A DNA stretch of 63,903 bases, the filler included, from Octopus bimaculoides (taxonomy: Eukaryota), in NCBI RefSeq assembly GCF_001194135.2. It is 6 parts of 6 records of this genome, joined end to end, with 100 filler letters (N's around TTAATTAATTAA, not from the genome) between each part and the next. Parts side by side here need not be neighbours in the genome. Positions count along the whole stretch, not along the records: positions 43,471 to 54,111 come from NC_068985.1; positions 54,212 to 62,005 come from NC_068986.1; positions 62,106 to 63,903 come from NC_068982.1; 3 more parts are not named here. The stretch is one strand, 5' to 3'. Positions within the stretch are counted from its first letter, which is position 1, and each line of letters opens with the position of its first letter. The notes beneath the pieces were generated by a model. The model had not been told where the DNA came from and made no database searches. It worked only from the letters and a program-made list of their open reading frames with translations. Made by a program: the position numbers and the translations under genes. Shown here piece by piece: positions 50,341 to 63,903 of this stretch.

Positions 50341-53051
50341 ATTTACACCGCCATTATTCTTCTTGTCACGATATTTTTTCAATGAAAATGTTTCACTTCA
50401 AAGAGAAACATAAAATAAAATACTTTCCCTATTCTAAAAATAAATAACAGAAACAGTACAAACGCCTCCTGGGACAAATCGATTTGATATATTTAAATAT
50501 TGTTCAAATCCATGATTATTTATTGCAAATGATTTAAGGTTCGTATATCCACCGGTTGTTTTTATATCCATCATTAGGGTAGCGAAATGCTTCTTTTACA
50601 AGCTATAATTTTCCTACACATTTAAACCGTCTTCAATATGGTGCATGAACTAACAAGATAATGAATGATCCGATATTAGTAAAGAATTAGAGGACGTAAA
50701 AAGGTATTATCTGAGATAGTCCATGAAAGAGTTAATATGAATATGAACCCACCGGTTACCCGCGGTAACAGAGAGATTACCATCAGATACAAACAGAGTA
50801 CAAGTGAGCAGATTATTAGTGACAATATCGACAGAGACAAACCCATCGAAATTCTACGAATGAAATACAGCAAGTGCAGTGCATGAAGAAAAACTTGGAA
50901 AAGAAACCTTGTGCGATGAGAAAATATGACAGGAAACAGTTGATTAATTAAAGAAATGCTGAAGCAAGAAAGCAACATGATGCAGGATTTCATGCTCTGC
51001 TCCACCGATACGATATTAAGATGAACAAGTAGCATTTGAAAACTACAGCTTTGACTAAATCTACAGGCCCTGTCTTCATGGTACTGTTTTGAGGTTCATA
51101 ATTGAGCCTGTTAGCGGTTAAGATATTTGTGAAGTGCGATTTCGTCCTCGTCAGCCCTAACTTAATGACCTTCAAACATTATTTGAAGTAATGATATTCC
51201 TGTTATTCAGCGACTTTCCAGTATCTTCTTTCATGTTTTTTTTATTGAGGAAGACAATAGTTCCAGGAGTATCTTTTGGAATTTTAATTGTGCATTTTGC
51301 TATCTTGAATCTGATGCAAAGTTTACAAAACCTAAATAAAACTGCTATTATTTCTTAATTCAATGAAAGTTCAGCGTTTTCCTTCGTAAAAATAAATTTG
51401 ATCAACCAGCACATGAGCAATTTCATATATTGTCGCTACTGAATCTTTAGGAAGAGAAGGCAAATACTGTATATGCATCAGTATGCAGAATATTTGTCGA
51501 ATGCACGATATTCCACAACCCATTAACTGAACTTGATATACATATATTTTTGATAGAGTTGTCACGATTTTCACGGGCACAGCGAGAAAATAACAAAAAA
51601 TTGTTTGTGCGAGTCCCCTTCTGATAAGAATCTGACATCACGCAATGCAATTTACTTCTCTGTAATGAAATGAGTACCCTGCGTTTGTTAGCGGTAACTG
51701 AGTCCCTGCACAGGATAAATACACTATAAATTATTCAATACAAGCACTGCCAACAGGTTATCTTCTATTTCCAGATGGTTAGCTTGAATGTCATAATGAT
51801 GTGCTGGATGTTCAGGAAAACAAGTGTGTTCGAAGAGAAAGGGAACATGCAGGAGTTTTACTATTGCCGTTTGCATGGAGATATATAATGGCATTTAAGG
51901 CAGCAAGCTGGCAGAAACGTTTGCACGCCGGGCGAAATGCTTAGCGGTATTTCGTCAGCCGCTACGTTCTGAGTTCAAATTCTGCCAAGGTTGACTTTGC
52001 CTTTCATCCTTTCGGGGTCGATAAATTAAGTACCAGTTACGCACTGAGGTCGATGTAATCGACTTAATCCCTTTGTCTGTCCTTGTTTGTCCCTTCTATG
52101 TTTAGCCCCTTGTGGGCAATAAAGAATTGGATATATATAATGGCATTTGTTTTCACAATGTAATAATAGCAAGAGTGAGGAGTCTAAGGCAGGTCGTGTG
52201 TGAGTGTGTATATGTTAAATAAAATATGATAACAGAGCCAACGCAATTTCACATTCCTAGGACGTTTATAAATGTCCTAGGAATATTAAATTACCTGCGC
52301 TTTGTTATCTTATTGTATTCTTTATACATATATATATATATATATGTTGATCCCTTAGTTGAGCTAAATATTTCATAGCGTTGCCCCAAAATGGCCGCAG
52401 CCTTATGACCAAGGCTAATAAGAGTACGGAAATTAATGAAATAAATATAATTCTGTTTGTATACGTGTGTACGTGTGCATGTGTGTATATGTGTAAGTGT
52501 ATGTATGTATATGCAAGTGCATTTGTGTATATGTGTGTGTTTATGTGTGTGTGTATGTATGCGTGTGTATGTGTGTGTGTGTATACTAGTTTTGGTGTTG
52601 TATTGTCTGAATCGTTAGAATGTCCTATGAGATTATTCCTTCATGTATCTAAGATAACTAAGGTTATTTGGTATGTACATTTGTAACGCAAACTTCTATG
52701 ACTTTTTTGGTTCCACGCAGCTCCACCTTTGGTCTGTCATATAAAACATGATCATTATAAAGTGGCGAAAATTTCGTATAGAGGCGACTTCTAGTTTTCC
52801 ACAATAAACTTTCTGCATGCCGACGCTATTTTTCAGCAGAAAAGCTGATATAAAGCAAATACAGACAAAATTAGACGAAACGCAGGTAAGAAGAAAAAGA
52901 AATAGAAAAGTACGGAATACTTATGAAGAAGTTTGAAATACAATTTCAACAGAAAACACGAACGAAATAATTTGAAACCAATGTTGTGACACGTTAAACT
53001 CAAGAATAGCTGCATATGATAGCACTACCATTACAGAAACGTTATCCATTT

Positions 53052-53084
<33 letters not shown>

Positions 53085-54077
53085 AATATGCGAAAGCGAA
53101 TGTCAGTGTGTCAGTGTGTCACACATTTTCAACTTTGTTCCTCTGACCGCCTCTCTCACTATTCACTGATACCTCTAACTGTATCAAGTAATTTAACCAT
53201 AATACGTGCTTCATAACGTTTGGAACTGAAATACGTATTGAACTCACTCTCTCATACAATATTATCTCTCTCGTAACTTTCTACCATGAAAATGTTGGAA
53301 ATTTTGTACTTTTGCAGTTATTAATGAAATTTGTCGGACCTATTTTCATACCCATCAGCCGTCGGAGCTATAGAAACGTAGCGCACTCCTACTGATTGAA
53401 AATAGATTCGACTAATGTTGTTATTACCTTAAAAAATACTAAAATGATACTAAATTTCAAACATCTTTATGTTCAAATACGTTTAGAGCAATTCCAAACC
53501 ATAAAAATCGCACTTTAAAATAGTGTTTAGTGACAGCGGTGTAATTTTCCTTCAAACTACGAACAGTAGTTCAGTTACGTACCGGCTACTACAAATAATT
53601 GTTTGTACGAAAAGTAATGCTCTACTTACATCAAATTGTCTTTAAATTAAATGATGGCAGAAAAATTATCGTTGAATTTTTAAAAGGTAAGTTTATTGTT
53701 GCCTACGGCCAGCTACGTGTTAGTTGTGCAAGGGTAGGGAATGGAAGCAAGTAATTTGAACTGACCCCCGAATGGGAACACAAAAATAAATGTTGGTGAA
53801 CACGCAGCTTTGCAATAAGTTCTAAGTCGACAAATTATATCATTGATTTGAGGAAAATTGTTCATTGCTTCAAAAATATTGTTCAAGTTGAATAAGATTT
53901 AATATGTACTCAATGCATGAAAGGTTATTGTTGGCCCCAAGGTCCAAAGAAGTGCCCTCCAGAGCGGCTTTAAAGGTAATATATATGTGTGTGTGTGTGT
54001 GTCTGTGTGTGTGTGTGTGTGTCTGTGTCTGTGTGTCTCTGTGTTTGTGTGTCAGTGTGTCTGTGTGTGTGTGTGAG

Positions 54078-54109
<32 letters not shown>

Positions 54110-54211
54110 TANNNNNNNNNNNNNNNNNNNNNNNNNNNNNNNNNNNNNNNNNNNNTTAATTAATTAANNNNNNNNNNNNNNNNNNNNNNNNNNNNNNNNN
54201 NNNNNNNNNNN

Positions 54212-54285
<74 letters not shown>

Positions 54286-54664
54286 GTATATATACATACA
54301 CACACTTATATATATATATATATACACACACATATATATACACACACATGTATAAACATATATATCTATATGTGCGCATATGCCACACACACACACACAC
54401 ATGTATATATATATACACATGTACACATGCATACGTACACACCTACACATACATATACATACATACACATTCACACATACACACACACACACATATTCGG
54501 TCAGGAAGACCTTCACATCATCAACCTACACAACAGCCATCCTGTTTCTGTTGCCCATGGGATGTTGAACCTCAACATCTGTCCCCGTTGCACACCCACA
54601 CTTCCACACATATTCGGGATGCAGTTAAACCAGGGAAATAAGAAAGGCCGTACAAGCGTACACG

Positions 54665-54754
54665 TGTATGTATGTATGTATGTATGCATGTATGTATGCA
54701 TGTATGTATGCATGTATGTATGTATGTATGTATGTATGTATGTATGTATGTATG

Positions 54755-54797
<43 letters not shown>

Positions 54798-54968
54798 ATG
54801 TATGTATGTATATGTATGTATGTATGTATGTATGTATATGTATGTATATGTATGTATATGTATGTATATGTATGTATGTATATATCTATGTATATGTATG
54901 TGTATGTATGTATATATGTATGAATATATGTATGTATATGTATGTATGTATATATGTATGTCTATATG

Positions 54969-55000
<32 letters not shown>

Positions 55001-55215
55001 TGTATGTCTATATGTATATGTATGTATGTATGTGTATGTATGTATGTATGTATGCATGCATGTATGCATGTATGTATGTATGTACGTACGTACATACGTA
55101 TGTATGTATGTATGTATGTATGTATGTATGTATGTATGTATGTGTTTGTGTGTGTATGTATGTATGTATGTATGTGCGTGTGTGTGTATGTGTGTGTGAA
55201 TGTGCGTGTATGAGT
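54665..55215. repeat. Compound (TATG)n/(TCTG)n microsatellite
   Basis: Direct reading; a similar tract lies at 61191-61660. Confidence 0.95.
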
Positions 55216-55364
55216 GTCTGAATGTGTGTATATGTGTTTTTTTTTTCTATGGTGAACTTTGATAAACTTTAAAGGAACCGAAATAAAACTCTTCTTCATC
55301 TCTGTTTTGTCCTTTTCCCTGGGCAAAAAAATAATTATAAGAAACAAGAAGAAAAAGGAGGAGG

Positions 55365-55448
55365 AGGAGGAGGAGGAGGAGAAGAAGAAGAAGAAGAAGA
55401 AGAAGAAGAAGAAGAAGAAGAAGAAGAAGAAGAAGAAGAAGAAGAAGA
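55365..55448. repeat. (GAG)n(GAA)n triplet repeat
   Basis: Direct reading. Confidence 0.95.
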
Positions 55449-56959
55449 ATGACAGCAACCACAACAGCAACAATATGAATCAGAAAAAAGTAACAACAAC
55501 GTTGACATTTAATGTATATAACTTATAAAGTTTTGTACAAATGTGCATGTGTGTGTGTGTGTGTGTGTGCGTGCAAATGTGTGTCTGTGTGTATGCATGT
55601 GTATGTGTGTAGGTCTATACATGCATTCTTACATAAGCTAACACGTACGCGCATACACATGTGTTTACATACATTCATGTAAACATGCATAAACAGTCAA
55701 AAACATCAAGACACACTGCTCCAGGAAAAGTTGTTTCGTCAGTTCTTCCTCCAAAGAATGTCCATGAGGTTGTGGCTTGAATGAAATTTCGTTTCATTCG
55801 TCTCGGAAATACCATTTGAAGTATGTGTAACAATTAAATTAAGGAGAGTTTGTTGGGTATCAATAAAGTTATCCCATATATAAGGTCACCAACCCACGGG
55901 AAAGCATGGGGTATGCCAACTCAGACAGCTTTGCTATATCGTCTTTTGTTTTGAAGGACAAACAGACACTTCCATTTCTCGTACCCTTATTAAGAGAGCA
56001 CACATGTTAATACACATCGTCTAGAGCTGTGGTTTTCAACTGAGGTCCATATAAGATTTTGTTCTTAAAGTTTAGAGGTAATAAATTGGTTTTAATTCTA
56101 CAATATATAAATTATCTTAACAGCTTTTTCAGGCAGTTCCTAATAATATTTAATTATAAAAATACAATAGAATTTTTTAAAACATCGAATGGCTACGGGG
56201 TTCCAGTGGCATATAATGGGAATCAAAGGCAAAAACGGGTCCAGAACTATTGGTCTAGAGATTCCTTTAACTGTTCCTTTGAGAGCAATATGAAAGCCAT
56301 CTCCGGCGTTCGCGAATGAGAGATATATATCGACTGTCTTGCCTATTACTGAATAAATCCTGCAGGCAAGGAGGTATTTTCCTTTGTAACATTCCTTTGC
56401 TCTGCCTCATTCTTAGATTGCTTACATCTAAAACCTCCCTTTGGTTTGTAATGCTTGCAAAAGAACTTTTGGTAATTTTATCAATGTCGTACAATTTTGC
56501 ATTATTGTCGAGTCTGTTAGTAATTTTGTGCGTTGAAAAGAACAAAATAGAAGAGAATAGAACCGAAATAAATTGAAATAAAGGATACCTAGAGACATTA
56601 AAATTTGGTTAGATATAGATTAAAAATTAAATTAACTAATCTTCCGTAGAATTACAGCGAGATGACATACTTTTTATTGATGACCTTCAACTCAAGAAAG
56701 TGGCAGAAAAGCAATCGCTTGACCTGATAGAAACAACCGCTAAATACTATTCATATTAAACCATAAAAATGTCCTAAAAAAGAAATGACACATTAGACGT
56801 TTAAGCTTCCAGCCAAATGTAACAGCACAAATGTAACTAACGGAAAACAAGCCAGATGTAACAGCACAAATCTGACTTTTCAGTCCCGTTAAAAATTTAT
56901 ACTCTCTTATACAAATGTGGCAATGATGGACGCCTCTTGCTGTAGGCGTTACACATACA

Positions 56960-56991
<32 letters not shown>

Positions 56992-58572
56992 CATACACAT
57001 AGAAATATGTACATATATGTGCACGCACTATATGAATGAAAGTATATCTCCCACGCACTTATGCACACAGGAACATCCAAACTCCTCACACACATGCTCA
57101 CACCAAAAACAATTCAGGTATCCACAAATCCGGAGTATTGTCTTGACAGATACAAAAGAGTTTTGTCACTTTGATGGTGATCGGATTGAATTCTGCAATG
57201 GTAAAGAAAAAACATCAAATAAATCCCAAAGAAGCATACCCCGCTACATACACATGCAACTCCCCGCGCACGCATTCACGCACTCCCATCCCACACACAC
57301 ACTTACACAACTTGCTACAAGGCAAGAACATGCATCGTATCCTGTTTATGTCGTATGTCGTATCTGAAGTTGGCTCTTCCATTTTATTTTTACTCATAGA
57401 CTACGAACATTCGTCGAGTAAATTTAGTGAAAAATACCTCGCCAAGACGAGTTATGATGCGCGTTGTGAGATACGTATGTATTATATTTCGCATAGCCAG
57501 GAATACAATTATCAAAGAGCTCTTTCTTATTTTTAAGACATAAAGACGTGATTTCAGAGAGAGATACATTGCTGTTTCTTGCCGATCAATTAACCGTATA
57601 GGTCTTCTCTCGTTGATTTAGCGTCGTTCAGAAGTGTTGCTGTATTTAGAACGTTTGAACTGGAGGGTTACTCCCCTTATCTCACTTCACTTACTTAAGG
57701 AGGCGAGAAAAGAACTAAGACATGAGAGAGGGTAAAGTTAACACAGCAAGTTTGTAGGGCAATGATTGAATGATTAAAAGAAAAGGGAGCACTCTGTCGG
57801 TCACGACGTCGAGGGTTCCANNNNNNNNNNGTATAGGTCTTCTCTCGTTGATTTAGCGTCGTTCAGAAGTGTTGCTGTATTTAGAACGTTTGAACTGGAG
57901 GGTTACTCCCCTTATCTCACTTCACTTACTTAAGGAGGCGAGAAAAGAACTAAGACATGAGAGAGGGTAAAGTTAACACAGCAAGTTTGTAGGGCAATGA
58001 TTGAATGATTAAAAGAAAAGGGAGCACTCTGTCGGTCACGACGTCGAGGGTTCCAGTCGATCCGATCAACGGAACAGCTTGCTCGTGAAATTAACGTGCA
58101 AGTGGCTGAGCATTCCACAGACATGTGTGCCCTTAACGTAGTTCTCAGTGAGATTCAGCGTGACACAGAGTGTGACAAGGCTGGCCCCTTTGAAATACAG
58201 TTACTACTTATTTTTGCCAGCTGATTGGCCTGGAGCAACGTGAAATAAAGTGTCTTGCTCAAGGATGCAACACGTCGCCGGGAATTGAACACACGAAGTT
58301 ACGATTGTGAGCCGAATGCTTTGACCACTTAGCCACGCGCTTTCACATTGAATGATTAGATGCAGGGGAATGAGTGAATGAAACGCCGAGACGGCGTGGA
58401 AGAAAAGCATGCATTGATGATGTTGATGATGATGATGACGACAATAATGATGGACGAGGGACGTTGAGGAGTAGGAGGAGGGAGAAAAGGACTGATTGAT
58501 GAATAAGGGTAATAAAACAGAGCAAAAAGTATGAATGATGGCACATTGCGCGGATGTACAGAGTTACTACAA

Positions 58573-58585
58573 TATCATCATCATT

Positions 58586-58642
<57 letters not shown>
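58573..58642. repeat. (CAT)n triplet repeat
   Basis: Direct reading. Confidence 0.95.
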
Positions 58643-58646
<4 letters not shown>

Positions 58647-59676
58647 CCACCATCAACATCATCTTTGTGTGTGTATTTGCGGCGTGTGTACGTGTATATG
58701 CATGTGGGTGTATGTATGTATGCATGTATCTATAAACAAATACATATACATACATGTATATGTATACATATATATGTATACATATATATGTATATATTGC
58801 AACGTCCTGTACCCAGATATGCATCTATATATACATGTAGATGTAGGTATGTACATACATGTATGTATGTATGTATGTATGTATGTATGTATGTATGTAT
58901 AAATGTATGTATGTATACATCGCCCATAACTTCTGCTATTCACTTGCTTTGCTTATATTTACGCCATGTGTCTGACTACCATATATGGTGTTTATAATAA
59001 CTTTTAGTTCTCAGGACATCCAAACTCTGCTACGAAGATCTGTGCCGTATTTCCGGAGATGGCGGTTACGTCAACGCATTCTCATCTTCAGAGAATCTTC
59101 ATCCAATCTACTCGCTAACTTCGCCGATTCTTTATCGTCTCTTCTCATCTTCCTTTATTTTCTTCGTCTTCTTTCTCTCTCCTCGTTTTCATTCTTGTTT
59201 TTTTTTCTCCTCTTTTCTCTTCAACTCAACTTCCCTTTTCATTTCGTCGACGCCGCTGTGGTCCCATTGTCGTCCTACACATCCCCCCATATCAAACTCA
59301 ACCATCCAAACTGAAGTTTCTCCACCGCCATGGACCGAGTCTGCTATAGCCTCGAGTCGAACGAGGAAGAAGACTCTACTTGGTCAGACGAACGGCTAGA
59401 AATAACAGTCAAATCTTCCTCTAATAATACTTTACCCTCTTAGAGGAAGAAGACTCTACTTGGTCAGACGAACGGCTAGAAATAGATGTTTTATATGACA
59501 CATTCTACCAGTGTTCCAAGTATCAAAGTGTTTCGTTAATGAAAAATGTGGCCCCCGTTTTAAAAAAGATCCTGNNNNNNNNNNATAGATGTTTTATATG
59601 ACACATTCTACCAGTGTTCCAAGTATCAAAGTGTTTCGTTAATGAAAAATGTGGCCCCCGTTTTAAAAAAGATCCT

Positions 59677-59772
59677 GAATGTGTGTGAGTGTGAATGTGT
59701 GTGAGTGTGAATGTGTGTGAGTGTGAATGTGTGTGAGTGTGAATGTGTGTGAGTGTGAATGTGTGTGAGTGT
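59677..59772. repeat. 16-bp tandem repeat (GAATGTGTGTGAGTGT) x6
   Basis: Direct reading. Confidence 0.9.
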
Positions 59773-59868
59773 AAGTGTGTGGAAACATTTTATGGTTTTT
59801 TATATAGGTAATTTTTGCTACGCACCCACGCTCTGTTTCTCCTTCTCCATTTTCTCTCTACTTCTCCC

Positions 59869-59902
<34 letters not shown>

Positions 59903-62429
59903 ACGCACACACACATATTATTTAACTAGTTTCAGCGACTGAACTGTGACCCAGCTGGAGCAAGGCACTGATGAGTTCAATTTACGATATCGTCCCCAAC
60001 ATGTCTTAAATGGGGTTCTGTCGATGCATATTTTGGTGAACCGTTTGTTTAAGGGAGACGCAAGCAAACCAACACCGGATGTCACACAGGCAGATACTTA
60101 TACGCACGTATAGATATGTACATAACGGGCTTCAGCACAGTTTCTGCGTACTAAATCCTGTTTCGAAATTGTGAGTCAACTCTAGGTAAGAGTAGAAAAC
60201 ACAAGCTTATGATGATGGCCAGAAACTCGAACCCGAAACTACATGGATTCGAAGTGAGCTTTTTAAAGCGTACACCTATGACTACGCATATGTAGGAGTG
60301 GCTGTGTGGTAAGTAGCTTGCTTACGAACCACATGGTTCCGGGTTCAGTCCCACTGTGTGGCACCTTGGGTAAGTGTCTTCTACTAAAGGCGGTGCTCCA
60401 GCATGGCCAAAGTCAAATGACTGAAACAAGTAAAAGAGTATAAACACGTTACATTTATACATATATATAAATACGGATCTTTTTTAAAACGGGGGCCACA
60501 TTTTTCATTAACGAAACACTTTGAAACTTGGAACACTGGTAGAATGTGTCATATAAAACATCTTTTTCTCTTAGTCTTCTTAAAAAAAAAGAAATCCATA
60601 AATTATTCGTANNNNNNNNNNNNNNNNNNNNNNNNNNNNNNNNNNNNNNNNNNNNNNNNNNNNNNNNNNNNNNNNNNNNNNNNNNNNNNNNNNNNNNNNN
60701 NNNNNNNNNNNNNNNNNNNNNNNNNNNNNNNNNNNNNNNNNNNNNNNNNNNNNNNNNNNNNNNNNNNNNNNNNNNNNNNNNNNNNNNNNNNNNNNNNNNN
60801 NNNNNNNNNNNNNNNNNNNNNNNNNNNNNNNNNNNNNNNNNNNNNNNNNNNNNNNNNNNNNNNNNNNNNNNNNNNNNNNNNNNNNNNNNNNNNNNNNNNN
60901 NNNNNNNNNNNNNNNNNNNNNNNNNNNNNNNNNNNNNNNNNNNNNNNNNNNNNNNNNNNNNNNNNNNNNNNNNNNNNNNNNNNNNNNNNNNNNNNNNNNN
61001 NNNNNNNNNNNNNNNNNNNNNNNNNNNNNNNNNNNNNNNNNNNNNNNNNNNNNNNNNNNNNNNNNNNNNNNNNNNNNNNNNNNNNNNNNNNNNNNNNNNN
61101 NNNNNNNNNNNNNNNNNNNNNNNNNNNNNNNNNNNNNNNNNNNNNNNNNNNNNNNNNNNNNNNNNNNNNNNNNNNNNNNNNNNNNNNNNNGTAGGTAGGT
61201 AAGTAGGTATGTATGTATGTATGCGTATGCATGCATGTATGTGTGTATGTATGCATGTATGTTTGTATATATGTGTGTATGCATGTGGGCGTATACATGT
61301 ATGTATGTATGCATACATGTGTGTATGCATGTATGTATGTATGTATGTATGTATGCATATATGTATGAAATATTATGTATGTATGTATGTATGTATGTAT
61401 GCATACATGTGTGTATGCATGTATGTATGTATGTATGTATGTATGCATATATATATGTAATATTATGTATGTATGTATGTATGTATGTATTACGTATGTA
61501 TGTATACATGCATGTATGTATGTATGTATGTATGTATGCATGCATGTATCATGTATGTATGTACGTATGTATGCATGTATGCATTTTGTAAGTTCATATG
61601 CACGTACGTATGTACTTACGTATGTATGTGTGCGTGTGTCTATGTGTGTGCGTGTGCGTGCGTTAATTTTTGTTAAATGCGTTAAGGAGGAAATCCAAAG
61701 AATTCTGAGAAAATTGAAAGCGATATTGTGGAAGTGCATAGGGGTGGCGTGGTGAAGGTTTGGTGAGGTGAGTTAGCAATTGCTGGGTGGCGTGGTGTTG
61801 CAGGATGGTCGTGGATGGGAATACAGTGGTGGCCATTGGACTGGTGATGATGTTGACGGTGGTAGTGGTGGAAATGGTGGAGGTGGTGGTGGTGGTGTTG
61901 GCGCTGATGGAGATGGTGGTGATGGAATACAGAGTCGTTGTCGGACTGGTGGAGGTGGTGGCGATGGTGATGGTGGTGGTGGTGGTGGTGTTGGTGGTGG
62001 TGATGNNNNNNNNNNNNNNNNNNNNNNNNNNNNNNNNNNNNNNNNNNNNTTAATTAATTAANNNNNNNNNNNNNNNNNNNNNNNNNNNNNNNNNNNNNNN
62101 NNNNNTTCCGCCGAGGTCGACTTTACCTTTCATCTTTTTCGGGGTCGATAAATTAAGTACCAGTTACGCACTGGGGTCGATATAATCGACTTAATCCCTT
62201 TGTCTGTCCTTGTTTGTCCCCTCTATGTTTAGCCCCTTGTGGGCAATAAAGAAATAAGAAACATCAGCACGCCGGGCGAAATGCTTAGCGGTATTTCGTC
62301 TGTCTTTACGTTCTGAGTTCGAATTCCGCCGATGTTGACTTTGCCTTACAAGTTGCATACTGGGGTCGATCTAATAGACTTGCCCCCTCCCCCCAAATTT
62401 CGAGCCTTGTGCCTAGAGTAGAAAAGAAT

Positions 62430-63445
62430 ATATTCTCCTTCATTGTTCACGATCTTTTGCCAACATTCCACTAGCTTGTCAGTGCGCTGACGGGAGAAAT
62501 CACCGAGTTTTGGACTCGAAGAATTCAGTGAACCACGTTTTTAGCTCGACATAGTTGTTGAATGAAACAACTCACAGACTGTTGGAGAACGACCGTAAGA
62601 GGTGATAATCTGAAGGCTGTGCATCAGGAGAAAACGATCGGTGCGATAGAACTTCCCAACCAAGCTCTTGAATAGCATTTTTGTTCAAATTAGCGACACA
62701 GGAATGGGCGTTTTCGTGTTGGAAGAGCACGCCTTGTCGGACAGTCAGGGTGTATCACTGGGTTGCCTCGCTCACCCTGTGCATTTGTTGAACGTAAAGC
62801 TCTGTATTGACGATGTAGCTGTTTTCAAGCATTTCCCAGTGGATTAGCCCTTTCCAATCCCATTAAGCGTAAATTGTTGTCTTACGTGGATGCATGGCTC
62901 AAGATGTGACTTGTTTGTTGGCGTTCAGCCATTTTTTTCTGTTTTATACCGACGTAAAGACACCATTTTTCATCGCTGATGACAATGTAGTAAAGAAATT
63001 TGTGCTTGTGTCCACGAGTAGCTGTGTGTCGAGCGAGAAAACTGGCGGTGACAGAGAAGCACTGGAGATTGTCTCTTTTTTTCAGAACGTGTGACACTCA
63101 TAGACCGAGTTTTGGGCCCTTATCCAGCTAGTGAAGATGACAAATGATGGTATCGTGAGAGCGTCCTGTCTATTGGGCCAATTCCCTAAGGGACTGTCGC
63201 GTATCCTCGTGGATGAGCTCGTTCAATCGATCCGCATTTAACTTAATAGCTCGACTGGAACGCGGAGAGTCTGTGAGGTCGAATTTCCCTTCCTTGAAGA
63301 ATGAAAATCATTTCTGTGCAGCACTTACAGAAATAATGCTTTCTTAGTACACAACTCAAATGTCTCGAGCTGTTATTGAAAACGAAGAGATGCAGGAGTC
63401 GAAAATGCTCATTGTTTTATATTCGGTATTCCATCGTCATATGTC
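62430..63445 (-). mobile_element. Decayed near-full-length mariner transposase
   Basis: NEHFR.L.LF.FN, KEGKFDLTDSPRS, RHTATRGHKHKFLYYIVISDEKWCLYV, QGVLFQHENAHS and LGWEVLSHRSFSPD, with stops and frameshifts. Confidence 0.88.
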
Positions 63446-63903
63446 CGAAATGCCGCTAAGCAATTTGTCCGGCATGCTAACGATTTTGCCAGCTCACTGC
63501 CTTAATAATTATATTAATAATGGTTTCAAATTTTGGCACGAGGACCGAAATTTTGGGGAGTGGGATAGTCGATTGCATCGACCCAGTACCCAGCTAGTGC
63601 TCGTTTTATCGACCCCGAAAAGATGAAAAGCAAAGTCGACCTCGGCGGAATTTGGACTCAGAACGTAAAGATGGACGAAATACCGCTAAGTATTTTACTC
63701 GGCGGTCTACCGATTCTGCCAGCTCGGCGCCTTTTTTTTTTCCCTTCCATAAATAATAAAATTAGCTTTTTGATTTATCTTTTATGCTTCAGTCAACTAA
63801 ACCCTTCAAGGCCGTGCCCTGTGCTATAGCATTGTCATAAGAGTTTAGTCGAACTCCGGTATATAGTTTTTAAACAGTGTGGTACTTATTCTATTGGTTA
63901 CAT

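Noticed and set aside
53620-53693. Strong donor AAG|gtaagt with upstream MLYLHQIVFKLNDGRKIIVEFLK
   Set aside because: Isolated, in-frame stop just upstream, no recognisable homology or partner exons.
55740-56000. Possible piggyBac or Penelope coding relic (TLYM-DNF-like on the minus strand)
   Set aside because: Needs frameshifts and only a few residues match; cannot be supported without a search.
57596-58055. 225-bp direct duplication (57596-57820 = 57831-58055)
   Set aside because: Identical copies on either side of a 10-N gap: overlapping contig ends, an assembly artefact.
59482-59677. 93-bp direct duplication (59482-59574 = 59585-59677)
   Set aside because: Same pattern around a 10-N gap; artefact.

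Overview
AT-rich, microsatellite- and SINE-dense animal genomic DNA. The repeat landscape suggests a coleoid cephalopod, probably Octopus (inference). The only host gene I can support is a middle segment of HERC2 on the + strand: 9 GT-AG exons between 894 and 13904, 1737 nt = 579 codons, all phases consistent. It runs from the end of RCC1-like domain 2 to '...HSPFFK'. I found no further HERC2 exon (RLD3, HECT) in the remaining 50 kb. The rest is transposon debris: RTE and Tx1/L1-clade LINE fragments, Tc1/mariner relics, piggyBac-like and hAT-like MITEs, several tRNA-headed SINE families and simple repeats. Five 100-nt gaps with a central TTAATTAATTAA are scaffold-join artefacts, so the window is a mosaic of about 6 scaffolds. 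The most notable signal is a repeat family present three times (1546-2129, 21212-24237, 41635-41894). It combines a tRNA-like Pol III head with a minimal type I hammerhead-ribozyme motif of the Penelope kind, always occurs as an inverted (fold-back) structure, and has target-site duplications in two copies. Also notable: a second fold-back element with a hammerhead-like relic, a SINE tail shared with the Tx1 LINE, a PHD finger inside an RTE reverse transcriptase, and a 27-bp tandem array open on both strands. All alignments and folds were done by eye.
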